Notes: generated from the sequence alone by a model not told the origin. A DNA stretch of 33,181 nt from Octopus bimaculoides (GCF_001194135.2 NC_068986.1:82969993-83003173), one strand, 5' to 3'. Positions 1-10,560 are shown, counted from the first letter of the stretch. Numbers and translations: made by a program.

Positions 1-199
1 AAATGAATCACCAAAATTGGCCTTTCATTATTTATAATCTGTACCTGTTTGTTTGGTTATTAAATAAAATACACAAAACGTGTTTCTGAATTACATGTAT
101 TTACTTTATATACATATGAGTTGAAAACTTTCTTCTAGCATTCCACTTAATATCTATGTTCCATGCTGGCATGGATTGGAGAGTTATTAATGTAGAAAT

Positions 200-301
200 A
201 TGGTATTGTAGCTACTAACAGTTGAGGGTTGCGTAGTCTAGACAGCGTTTTTAGATTTCATTATTCTCTTTAACCCGGGCAACGCCGGGTATTTCTGCTA
301 G
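200..301 (+). mobile_element. Possible Helitron-type 3' terminus (5' boundary not identified)
   Basis: GC-rich hairpin ACCCGG-GCAACG-CCGGGT (273-290), then 7 nt, then CTAG (298-301) followed by T. This is the canonical Helitron 3' architecture. No Rep/Hel coding sequence seen. Confidence 0.45.
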
Positions 302-365
302 TATATATATATATATATATATATATGTGTATAATAATAATGGTAATAGTAATAGTAATAATATT

Positions 366-503
366 TTATAAGCAATCACTGCGTAATGACTAAAGAAAAT
401 AGTCTAATATTGGGCCATATAAGCCCTTGATAGAAAAAAAGAGGGCTTATATGCCTCAATATTAGACTACTTTCTCTAGTCATTACACAGTGATCACTTA
501 TAA
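366..503. mobile_element. Short fold-back/MITE-like hairpin element, superfamily unassigned
   Basis: 62-bp inverted arms 366-427 and 442-503 (ttataagcaatcactgcgtaatgactaaagaaaatagtctaatattgggccatataagccct vs reverse complement ttataagtgatcactgtgtaatgactagagaaagtagtctaatattgaggcatataagccct) with a 14-bp spacer. TA/TATA at both ends could be the TSD. Confidence 0.7.
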
Positions 504-1634
504 GCTATAAGCTTATAAAGTATTATTATTATTATTGTTTACAGAATTGTAAAAATCAACAGTGCTTATCAAAAACCATCATATATATATATGTATATTA
601 TATATATATGCATGTACAATACTTATAAACAGAAGCTTTTATATGCATATTCAAAATGTTTTCCATAAATGAACTTAAATGATATATATATATATAAGAA
701 AAGAGCATGGGCTTGAATTTGGTATTCCTTTATTTCATCTGTTACACAGGAAAAGGTCACTTGCAAGGCCTCCATGATGATGGGAAGACAATTTAGTCAA
801 GCATTTTAGGTTGGTGGAAAAGAATGTAATCAAGTCAGAATTGGAAGCACATTGTGACCAGTGGTGTATAACAGCATTTGATGGTCTATTTGATACTGTG
901 ACATAGAAATACCAAGTTCAAGCCCAAGTTCTTTTCTCTTATCATTGATGTGCTCTTTATGTTACACTAGTCATTACCTATTGCTATACTTCTGAGTAAT
1001 GACCTAGTCAAGGTGACATAGATCCTTCAGCGGAAGCCTACAACAATGATCACATTGATATGCTCAACAGCAATGTTTTTTTTTTTTTCTTGAAACAAAT
1101 TTTAATTCTATCTTTCACACACTCTCTCTCAACAACAACCTGTCATTATAGTGAAAGTCTGTGTTGCATCTATATGCTGAAAAACATACAGAAACACACA
1201 CAAACAACATGTATTATATATAAACATACAGTTAGCTTTTTGAAGTCTGTTTTGTGTTGTGTTGATGACTTGCACATAAAATTCCCATGGTAACAACACT
1301 ACCTATCTTTCACACAAACACACACTTTCTCACAATTATTCTCCTCCCCTTATAAATATGTTGTGACAAGGGTTATCTCCCCTTTCAATTCCTCTCTCTC
1401 CCTTTAATAGGTGTTGTGACAGACAAACAGTGATCAGCTTCTCTTTTATAATATAAGATTATACAGCTCTCCTCAGACCCCATTAAACTCTGTGATCACA
1501 CAAAGACAGGAGTTTAATGTGGGTCACAATAAGAGCTGAAACTTTAGCAGTAAAATTGTTGCATCCAATTCTACTCTCTTACTTTCTCTCTCTCTCTATA
1601 TATATATACATACATATATATTCACACACACACA

Positions 1635-1850
1635 TCCGCATCATTTTTTAACAGTCACTTTTCCATGCTTCTGTTGGGTCAGATTTTCTATGGCCAGATG
1701 CCCTTCCTGTTACCAACCTTTGCTTGTTTCCTCAAAAAGTAATACTTCCCTATAGCTGGACATGTTTTCATGGAAGATTGGTATCAAATGACACTACTTG
1801 TGTGACAAGGATGTTTGTTTTCAACTATCATGTTATGTCAAGACTAGAAG
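1635..1850 (-). mobile_element. RTE-type 3' tail fragment
   Basis: Begins catcatttttaacagtcacttttccatgc...gatgcccttcc. It shares terminal motifs with the RTE tails at 27973 and 30236 and is the reverse complement of the copy at 4830-5006. Confidence 0.55.
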
Positions 1851-1887
1851 ACAGTCACCCAAATAAAAACATATATATACATAAAGA

Positions 1888-2035
1888 ACTTCTCTCAGCT
1901 TCCATGTACCAAATCCACTCACAAGGTTGTGGTTGGCCTGGAGCTAAACTTGCTCAACATACCACTTGGTGGGACTTAAAATTGAAACCACATGGTTGAA
2001 ATGCAAACTTCTTAAACCACACAGCCACATCTGCA
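1888..2035 (-). mobile_element. tRNA-derived SINE, partial
   Basis: accaaatccactcacaagg...aaccacatggttg...cttcttaaaccacacagccac matches the reverse complement of the SINE at 29378-29510 and the segment at 30615-30700. Confidence 0.55.
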
Positions 2036-2058
2036 TCTTATGCTTATATATATATATG

Positions 2059-3140
2059 TACAAGGTACATTCCAGAAGGTTAGAGACGTTCATTAATTTT
2101 GAAGAAGTACAAAACTTTCATCTCCTTCAATGTAGGATCCTCTGACTTCAATACATTTGTCATAGTGCTCCAGCCACTTCATGAAGATCCCATGGAAGTC
2201 CTCCAAAATAAAAATATCCAGGATCCTTGTCACATCCACCTTCATCTTCTGTCTTGAAAACAACTGCCCATGGTTCTCCTTCAGCTTGAGGAACAACCAA
2301 ATGTCACAGGGAGCAAAGTTTGGACAGTGGGGAAGGTGAGAGAGAGTTTTGATGCCCATCTCTGTCAAGTAGTTGATTATCAGGACGGAAATGTGGATTA
2401 GTGCAAGTGCCAATGACCATAGTAGGAGAGCTTTGGCCTTTTACAAAATCTCTTCCTGAACTCCCTCAAAATCTTCACAAAATACTCTTTGCTGATCATC
2501 TGGCCAGAGCGAACCCAGTAAATGTAGATGATGCCCTTGCTGTTGAAAAAGGGGATTATCGAGTGCTTCCCAATGGACTTGCTTTTCCTGACCATCTTGG
2601 ATTCGGGGGAACTAGGATGCTTCCATTGGACACTCTGTCTCTTGGTCTCTGGATCATAACAGCAGATCCAGCTTTTGTCACAGGTCACCTGAGATTCAAG
2701 TACTCTTGGACTGGAGGTTAATGACCCTGCTATCACCAAAGCAACTTTTCCTTCTGTTATTCTAGGAACAAACTTTGTACATGTTGAGATCTTCATGAAT
2801 AATTTGTTGTACAGATGCCACACCAACTCCAAATTGTATGTTTATTGTCTTTGATGTACAAAGGTCTTCATTCAGAAAATTGCAAAATTTTTCAACCAGT
2901 TTTTATGTTCTGACACCCCTCACTTTCCCCCACTTTTCATTGTCTCCCACTTCCTTTCTACTGTCCTTGAGCCTCTTGTGCTAGAGAAAAACAGATGTTC
3001 ACAAGTTAATCCATAAGTAGTCTGGAGGATTTCATAAGTTTTCATAGCATTCTGCAAGCTAGTCAACTATCATAAGCAGTATTTACTAGGGTAAAAGTGT
3101 TCAAAGTGCTGTTACAGCCATCTCCTTCAATCTGATATAC
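2059..3140 (-). mobile_element. Degenerate near-full-length mariner (DD34D-type) transposon; transposase broken by stops and frameshifts
   Basis: Minus-strand fragments: NAMKTYEILQTTYG (HTH region, ~3050), VTCDKSWICCYDPETKRQSVQWKH (ORF 2398-2832), HLPHCPNFAPCDIWLFLKLKE (ORF 2093-2413; cf. mariner HPPYSPDLAPCDFWLF). TA-CAAGG... terminus-like sequence at 2059. Confidence 0.88.
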
Positions 3141-3369
3141 TAAAATTACAATGATTTGTCTCTCCTCTGTCTTAAAACATAAACTTCCTATGTGACAGGT
3201 GCACTAGAGTAGTACATACTGTGAACACACCAGATATAAACTCCTTTGATTGCCTGGATGTCTCACTAGAAGTAGTTAATAGCTTTTGTTACTGAGGAAA
3301 TATAATTAACAGGGAGGGTTGTTGCTCTGAAAGTATAGTAGTGAGAATAAGAATGGGCTGGAGAAAGTT

Positions 3370-3830
3370 CAGGGGGCTACTTTACTGTTAGCAACAAAGG
3401 TCTTTTCCCACAGATCAAAGGGGAAATTGAAGGATACTTGTGTTTGAATTGCAATGCTGCATGATACTGAGACATGGGCTTTGAATGCAGAAGACTGGAA
3501 AGAAATGAAGTGAGCATGCTTTGTTGGATGTGCATGAACAACAGTATACATGTTTGGAGAGAAACACTGAGCATAAGAGGAATCAGGTGTAGCGTACAAG
3601 AAAGAAGACTGCACTGGTGTGGATATGATGTGCATGGATGAGGATAACTGCATAAAAAAAGTGCTGATCGTTTAATGTGGTTGGATTTCATGGAGGAGGA
3701 AGACCCGGGAAGATATGAGATGAAGTGGTGAAGGCTAATCTCAGGATCCTGTGCCTCATTGAGATGACAAAGAACTGAAATATCTGGCAGTATGAGGTTC
3801 TTGAGTAGACCCACCCATTTCAGGGAAACT
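3370..3830 (+). mobile_element. RTE-clade LINE, degenerate ORF2 C-terminal fragment
   Basis: Frame-broken translation gives AMLHDTETWALNAED...ERNEVSMLCWMC...VQERRLHWCG...MDEDNCIKK...DEVVKANLR, matching the RTE C-terminal ETW / W-GHV-RM / RP region. Confidence 0.75.
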
Positions 3831-4299
3831 GAGTTCTAGAAGCACCAGATATATTCTCTCCACCCATACATTACAGTGATTCATTCCATCCACCACCCAA
3901 CGAAATCAAATTACCTCTGACCATGTGCAATGCTTGCCTCTTTCCTTAATACTCCTGCAGCCTACCCAAGCATGTCCTATTTCTTGTCCTTCCCCAGTTA
4001 ACTATAGCATTACTATCCTGCCACTCTGCTCTCTTCTGCATCCCTCTATCTTCCTCAACTCATGACTTATCAGTTATCCACCCTTCGGCCCCACCCAATT
4101 TCTATAATTAGTTTGCTTTGCCATCACCTCAACTCCTACTCCCCATACAATCTTGCAAATCCCCACCCATCCCATCTACTCACCTTGTGTCTTGAGGAAC
4201 CACCTAGACACTTCATCACCATAATCTATCTCATTGCAGCACCTGCAGACCATTTCTCTCCCTCACCTGATAAATATCAGCAGCTATGCAACTTCAATA

Positions 4300-4430
4300 G
4301 TGCTGGAGGCATGAAAAACAAACACTCAGGACTCACTCTAAAATGGTTGGTGTTAGGAAGAACACCCAACTGTAGAAACCATGCCAAAGCAGGCACTGGA
4401 GCACAGTGCTGTCCTTGGATCGTGTCAAAC
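4300..4430 (+). mobile_element. RTE-type 3' tail fragment
   Basis: ggttggtgttaggaagaacacccaactgtagaaaccatgccaaagcag resembles the reverse complement of 28060-28130. Confidence 0.5.
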
Positions 4431-4440
4431 CATATATATA

Positions 4441-4519
4441 NNNNNNNNNNNNNNNNNNNNNNNNNNNNNNNNNNNNNNNNNNNNNNNNNNNNNNNNNNNN
4501 NNNNNNNNNNNNNNNNNNN
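4441..4519. other. Assembly gap (79 N) between (TA)n and (CA)n microsatellites
   Basis: Directly visible N run. Confidence 0.98.
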
Positions 4520-4574
4520 CACACACACACACACACACACACATCAATATATTTGTATCAATCACTGACAGATA

Positions 4575-4720
4575 GACAGATATGGTGTCTGGTTAAGAAG
4601 TTTGCTTCCCAACCTTATGGTTTTGGGTTCAGTTCTACTTGGATAAATATCTTTTATTAAAGGTCTGTACCAAACAAATCTTTGAATGAATTTGGTAATC
4701 AAAAACTGAAACAAGCTTAT
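4575..4720 (+). mobile_element. tRNA-derived SINE, 5' part
   Basis: tggttaagaagtttgcttcccaacc...gggttcagttc (B-box-like) is homologous to 29390-29445. Confidence 0.55.
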
Positions 4721-4829
4721 CATATATACAAGTGTGTGTGTGAGAATGTGTGAAGGTGTGTTTTTTTTTTATATCTCCTTGTCTTGGCATCACACAATAG
4801 TTGTAAAACAACTATTGTTGTCATACAAG

Positions 4830-5006
4830 CATTATCCTTTGTTTCCAAACTTCAAAGGAAACATGCCCAGCTCTAGAGAAATATTACTTGAATTGGAATC
4901 AGGAGGCTTGGTGACAGGAAAAGCACTCAGCCATAGAAAATTTGCCTAAACTAATTCCATTTGAGTCATGCAAGCATGGAAATGTGGACATTAAAATGAT
5001 GATGGT
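4830..5006 (+). mobile_element. RTE-type 3' tail fragment ending in (ATG)n
   Basis: Ends gcatggaaatgtggacattaaaatgatgatggtgatg, the reverse complement of the terminal motif at 1635, 27973 and 30236. Confidence 0.55.
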
Positions 5007-6428
5007 GATGTAGATACATGTGTGTGTGTGTATGGAAGTTTACATTCCACATATCCTTGCACGATGGTGCTTGAGCAAAACTGTAATGTCATGTCTATAT
5101 TCCTTGTAAACGATACATTCTGCAGTTGTAATTCTATACTTGTGAAGACCAGTGGAATTTTTTTTAAACCCCTTACTTGAAAAAAAACAGATACGGGTTG
5201 GTGACATGATGGGTATCTGGCCATAAAGTACTGTCTCATCTTCCAGCAACCCATACCAGTATGGGAAAGCAGATGTGACACAAATGAAATGTACGTATCA
5301 CTGTGTCATGTTTATCAGCATTGTTTTCATTTATATCAAAGCCTAACTTAACAATTCAATAAATATAGATTGATAAAGTAAGTACTGGGTTTGATGTAAT
5401 TGACTAAAACCCATAGAAACAGTGTCCTAATTTAGTAAAAGGATAAAACAATGTATGGTTTCTTTTATTACTATACACATATATTGGTCAACACTAACTG
5501 TTCTATAGTATTTTAATCATAAATAATATCAGATGTTGTTTTATTCATGTCATGTTATCTTCAGACAATGTTCATATTTCCACAATGCTTAAAGTAAAAG
5601 TTTTACCCTTGAGTAGAACAAACTGTTTCAGATTTCACAGTTATCTTTTCAGAAATTTTTATGGCTATCACTTTCTTCTAAAGGTCTATTTATTTGTAAT
5701 GTTTAATGTCCACTCTACAATGCTAGGATTCGCACATGTCATAAAACTGACTTTTTCCTATCATAATATTCAACATAATATCTTTGGACAACAAAGCATG
5801 CCATCTCCTCAGCTTGAAGCAATTTATGTTAAATATGAATGTATTTCTTAAAAAATAAATTTTCCCAATATAATGATACTCTATTTAGCTCAATTCCTAG
5901 AATCAATATATTCAGGAAACATTTTCCTGTCAATACAACAATGCTGCTAGATTGTATTTTCAATATAAATCATTTCCATAGGCTGTAGCTCCAACGCATC
6001 ATCAGATTTAACAAAACCCACTTGCTGGTTGCCCTTAGCACAATTCATCTGTTGCAAACATTAAAACCATTCTCTCACCACCAAGATTTTTCCTCCAGAT
6101 GTTCTAGCTAGAACATCAGCCACATTTGATTGGTGGTGGTGGTGGGGGGGGGTGAATAGCTTATTTTTTAAAATGTTTAATTGAGCCATTTTCTTTAAAA
6201 GCATTTATGAAAGATTTCACAAAGGTGGAGTTTCTCTCCGATAGGAACCACATGACAGAAAATGTAAACAATCTTACAAGATCTCTAGCTGTTCATTAAA
6301 CCAAATTTGCAGCCTGGGTTGTAGCTAATCAACATTGATTCTGTAAATGCCACAGAAAGAAATAAACATAAAATCTCATTTCATTCTTCTTCTCATGGAC
6401 GGATACCTATAATTATAATAGTCCATAA

Positions 6429-6959
6429 CTATGGATTTTCTCTAATGTGAACCATTTTATGCCTAGTTACACCATATCTTCTAGAGAATGCTTTACCACA
6501 TATGTCACAGCGGTATGGTCTCTCTCCAGTGTGGACCATTTTATGTTGTTTCAAATCACCATTATATGAGAAAGTTTTACCACAAATTTCACACTGGAAT
6601 AGTTTCTCCCTTGTATGAACTATTTTATGTCTTGTTATGTCACTACTACTTGCAAATGTTTTACCACAAATATCACAGTAATAAGGTCTCTCTTCTGAGT
6701 GAACCATTTCATGTCTCTTCAAATGTACATTGCATGAATAACCTTTACCACAAATTTCACAGCGATACGGCCTATCTCCAGTGTGAATAGTTTTATGCTT
6801 TTTTAAATTAAAATTAGATGAAAATTCTTTCCCACAAAATTCACAGTCGTATGGTTTCTCTCCAGTATGAGTTCGTTTATGTCTCCTTAAATTACTGTTG
6901 TTAGAGAATGTTTTATCACAAATATCACAGCAGTATAGTTTCTCTCCAGTATGCATCAT
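6429..6959 (-). CDS. C2H2 zinc-finger protein, 6 tandem fingers, 176 aa from first ATG; N-terminus probably eroded
   Basis: Six C-x2-C-x12-H-x3-H units with TGEKP-like linkers. The ORF track start at 6974 is TTG and the first ATG is 6959 (MMHTGEKL...). An in-frame TGA lies six codons upstream of 6974. Confidence 0.8.
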   Translation of the reverse strand: MMHTGEKLYCCDICDKTFSNNSNLRRHKRTHTGEKPYDCEFCGKEFSSNFNLKKHKTIHTGDRPYRCEICGKGYSCNVHLKRHEMVHSEERPYYCDICGKTFASSSDITRHKIVHTREKLFQCEICGKTFSYNGDLKQHKMVHTGERPYRCDICGKAFSRRYGVTRHKMVHIRENP

Positions 6960-7444
6960 TTTCTCTTTTAACAATAATTCCCTGGACGTTCACAATAACA
7001 TAACAGCGTGTATCAACAATTCTAAAAATTGCTTTCATATAAATCTCGTATACCTTGACTGAATGACCTGTCACAATTTTCAAAGTAGGTGTTTTCTTTA
7101 GTCAGTGTGACATCTTCCTCTAGAAAGCCAGTTTCGAAAATAAAAATAATTCCTGAAATACAACAAGATCAATCTTAATATGGAGTAAATGAAACTTCAA
7201 GAATAAAAAATATATATATACTAACGCGAAATATTCACAATTTAGGGTAATTTAACAGTGAATAAAGCATAGATGATTTCCCAAACCCCTTCAATAAATT
7301 AAACACGAATACATACACACTGTATACTCCCATACACTGGAGCACCAATTAGTTGATATACATTCACAGGTAGAAAAGTGGTTAGAATTTGATTGTAAGT
7401 TTCATTGCTCACTAACATTCTAATTTATACAATGATCTTTTTTT

Positions 7445-7864
7445 GGCACTGTCATGGTATTAGCTGTCAGAAGTGAAAGTAGAACTGACAAGGAACGTTA
7501 CTGCTGGTTTGAGTTGATTCTTTGGCTGCTGACTAGCCGGAGCTATCTATCTGTCTGTCTATCTCACTATCTATCTCTCTCTATCTATCTATCTATCTAT
7601 CTATCTATCACTTGTTCACCTCTGTGTCCGTAGAATTTATCAAATTAGAAAACGCAAATTTAATATAAAAATATATTTTCTGAAATTGCATATTATTTAA
7701 AATATAATTTTCAACAGAGAGAATTTATCAAAATAGAAAACAAATGAAGTTTGAAGTTTAAAAATAATAGGATCGACCACTCACGACTAGCCCTGCTCGG
7801 ACGCGCGACTGCGCGTTCGGGACCATGGATATAGGTGTCGAATTTGTTCCAATAACTTTCGAGT

Positions 7865-7898
<34 letters not shown>

Positions 7899-7917
7899 CA
7901 GAGAGAGAGAGAGAGAC

Positions 7918-7952
<35 letters not shown>

Positions 7953-8069
7953 TAGCTCGCTCCGGCCAGTCATGGTATTAGCTGTCAGTAGCCAAAGAAT
8001 CAACTCAAACCAGCAGTAACGTTCCTTGTCATATTTTTCTACTTTCACTTCTGACAGCTGACAGTGCCC
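7445..8069. mobile_element. Fold-back element with ~110-130 bp terminal inverted repeats (TIRs) plus inverted (TCTA/TCTG/TC)n microsatellites
   Basis: The left arm ggcactgtca...gaagtgaaagtagaa...tgacaaggaacgttactgctggtttgagttgattctttggct matches the reverse complement of 7955-8069. T7 (7438-7444) and T10 (8070-8079) flank it. Confidence 0.85.
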
Positions 8070-8630
8070 TTTTTTTTTTACCCGACAACAATATGTTTCA
8101 TATTTTATCAACATATTTTTACGAGAAGGAAAAGAACATTAAAAGTATATAAGATCAAATTATCAACTACCTCACCAAGGAAAAGGAAAAAAGGAGTTGG
8201 GGGAATTAAGCAGCAGAAGAAAGAGTGGAGTGAGAAACGGGTTCTACACTCCGGACCAATGGCGTGTTTAGCCTCTCGCACACGATTGCCAAGGCGTTGC
8301 CGCTGAGAATGGCTAGTGACACTCGCTGCAGCAACTATCCCAACTTCGCAGTGCTCAGTTCTCAGACGGCGGCAGTCATCTCGATTTTTCAGAGGAAATC
8401 GGCAGTGCGGGGTCGAGAACACCTGAGGTCTCGATGGCGACCCGCAAAAACTGATAGCGGCCGGTCAGGCTCCTGTGTTTATTTACTTTTCTCTCCTCTA
8501 TGTTACAGGCGACGATACCTGGGTTTGCAACCGATGCAGCAAGACTGGAGCCGAAGAACGTGTCGCAGCACGTTGCGTCCTAGATTAGGGACCTGCCTCC
8601 CACGTATGCAAAGAGGGTTATGCCGTCTAT
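8070..8630 (-). mobile_element. CRE-clade non-LTR retrotransposon 3' end (restriction-like endonuclease region, 3' UTR, A-tail)
   Basis: Minus-strand translation IDGITLFAYVGGRSLI*DATCCDTFFGSSLAASVANPGIVACNIEERKVNKHRSLTGRYQFLRVAIETSGVL, then after a frameshift LLQRVSLAILSGNALAIVC. Pyrimidine-rich 3' UTR and A10 tail (T run 8070-8079). Confidence 0.8.
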
Positions 8631-8686
8631 GTATTTATTCACAAGATAATATTATTGAAACGCACTTAAGTCGCAAGGTATCTTAC

Positions 8687-8860
8687 CTTAACATACCGCC
8701 CCTCTGTCTTCTTTCTGCCTCTCCTTGAATACACCTAGGTTGTTATACATGTCCCTTCTATATCCTATATATACATATGCTGAAACTACGTAGTATATAT
8801 GTTTAAAGTCGAGGCGATACCAATAATGTGACAACAGCATGGCATGACTGACCGGAAGTT
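8687..8860 (-). promoter_or_regulatory. Candidate non-coding first exon/promoter of the 6-finger ZNF
   Basis: ETS-like CCGGAAGT at 8852-8859. Minus-strand donor AAG|GTAAGA at 8687/8686. Minus-strand acceptor ttgttgtatttcag|GAA at 7153/7152. Motif evidence only. Confidence 0.25.
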
Positions 8861-9459
8861 GAAAACAAACTAACAGACGAAGACAAAATTAGCAAAACAT
8901 GGTGATAAAGGGCACAATAATTGTTACAGACAAAAACAACATTAAATTATCCATACGTTAAATTTTTTGACACTGCTTTATTTTTTATAATCAATTTACG
9001 CCTGTCGAAATACAAGAAAAATTAATGAAGGAACTTTCAAGGGAGCTAACTCCTCTTCTCTTATAAAATGTTCTCTGAATTTCATGTTTCGAAAAATATT
9101 TCGCTGAAGTTTTTTAGTTTAATGATACTTTAAAACAAGTTTTCAATATCATTTTATTACTTTTTAACGAGTTGAAAACTCCAAAGTTTTACCAGTAAAC
9201 CCGTGCTTCCATCGAGCACCCAGAAGCTAATATGGATGTATATAAATTCAAACTCTTCAGGTTAAACAAAATTACACACATTCACCTAAAACACCTAAAG
9301 CTAAAAGCACTCATCAATATCTGCAATTACTCGTGCCAACCCCACCAAATTGATACAACCTGGAAAATAGATCAAATATATATTTGTGTGTAATCACAAT
9401 TTTAAAGCCCCACAAATAGTCATCAACAAATAGTGGTACACCCTTAAAAGGGCGACGAA

Positions 9460-10560
9460 AATAGAATCAGTATGGTTTAGCAAAGAAATAGCGATAGGAA
9501 AATATATATTAGAGGTAGACCTAGATAGAAACTTAAAAGAGGCCGTTAGGAAAGTATTCGTAACCAACGTGCTTGCGGCAAGAAAGGCTGCATTGTTAAA
9601 GTTAAAGCATGTGCACTAAGGCACAAGGAGGCGAAAAAGGTGAATGGACCCAAATGAGAGAGGTGCAACGGGGCATATACCCATTATGGTCTTCGATGGA
9701 TCATAATGGGTATATGCTACTTGAGCTCGAGCAAATGTGTATGACTTAGCAGTTTTTCGCTCGACGAACTGAGATGAATGTTGAACGGAAATGCGATTTC
9801 AGTGTCCACATCAACGGCCTGCTGCACCTCTAGGTAAGGGGTGCGGATTGTTGCGAAAAGCCAATAACAACCGTAGAAATACGGGAAGTTATGATTGGCT
9901 GCACGGAGGGCTTGTGGTTTTGATAGTCTGCCCTACGAGTTTTACTTTTATAAGCCTGTCTTGTTTCGGAGGCCGCTTGGCAGATATCTACTGTAACTGG
10001 CAGCAGAAAGGAAGAATTTCTAATTCTGTGTTTTGAGGAACGGTGATACTGCTGAGAAAGAACCCGAACAAAGAAGGTGAATAAATAAATTTTAGGCCCA
10101 TTTTCAAAACTATTATAGATTGCAGATTTCAAAACTTTGACTAAGTTGTTAGCGAAGAGGTTTGCGCTTGTCATCAAGGATCTGATTAGTGCTGCGCAAA
10201 TATGCGCCATCCCAAGTAGGTCTATTCTTGACAACCTTACCTCATGCGATACATCATAGAAAGAGTGTGTAAAGAACCTGACATAGTTGGAGTCCTAATT
10301 AATCAGAAGCTTTAAATAAATTCAACAATACTTGTCAGCTGTTCTCATGTTGGCTGGTTTCAGTCCTGTCTTCTGCGACTGGATTATCACAATGTTCAGC
10401 TACATCTGCTGGGTACTTCAGGTGAATGGTCACTTATCAGAACTTTCTTGTATTATGCACTGGATCTTCACGATTTTCCCCTCTCTTCTCGTCTGCTTAT
10501 ACTAACTCTAGTCATTACTACGGAAACTGGGGACGCTAAGGAGCATTCTGCATGAACTAG
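9460..10560 (+). mobile_element. L1/Tx1-clade LINE ORF2 fragment (RT N-terminal half), degenerate
   Basis: Frame-broken motifs CEKPITTVEIREVM, GFDSLPYEFY, GTVILLRKNPNK, NFRPI, DFKTLTKLLAKRF, AQICAIPSRSILDNL, MRYIIERV, LQVNGHLSE. Confidence 0.8.

Noticed and set aside
708-926. 19-bp inverted repeat (708-726 and 908-926, one mismatch) as MITE ends
   Set aside because: No TSD and no second copy in the window, so it cannot be distinguished from an old remnant or chance.
4062-4660. ORFs of 64-168 aa spanning the first N-gap
   Set aside because: They are open only because Ns and microsatellites lack stops, and their composition is low-complexity.
8264-8728. 154-aa plus-strand ORF, and a nearby CNRCSKTG knuckle-like reading behind an apparent acceptor at ~8510
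   Set aside because: This is the antisense strand of the CRE endonuclease relic, which explains the GC content and openness. The knuckle pattern is incomplete.
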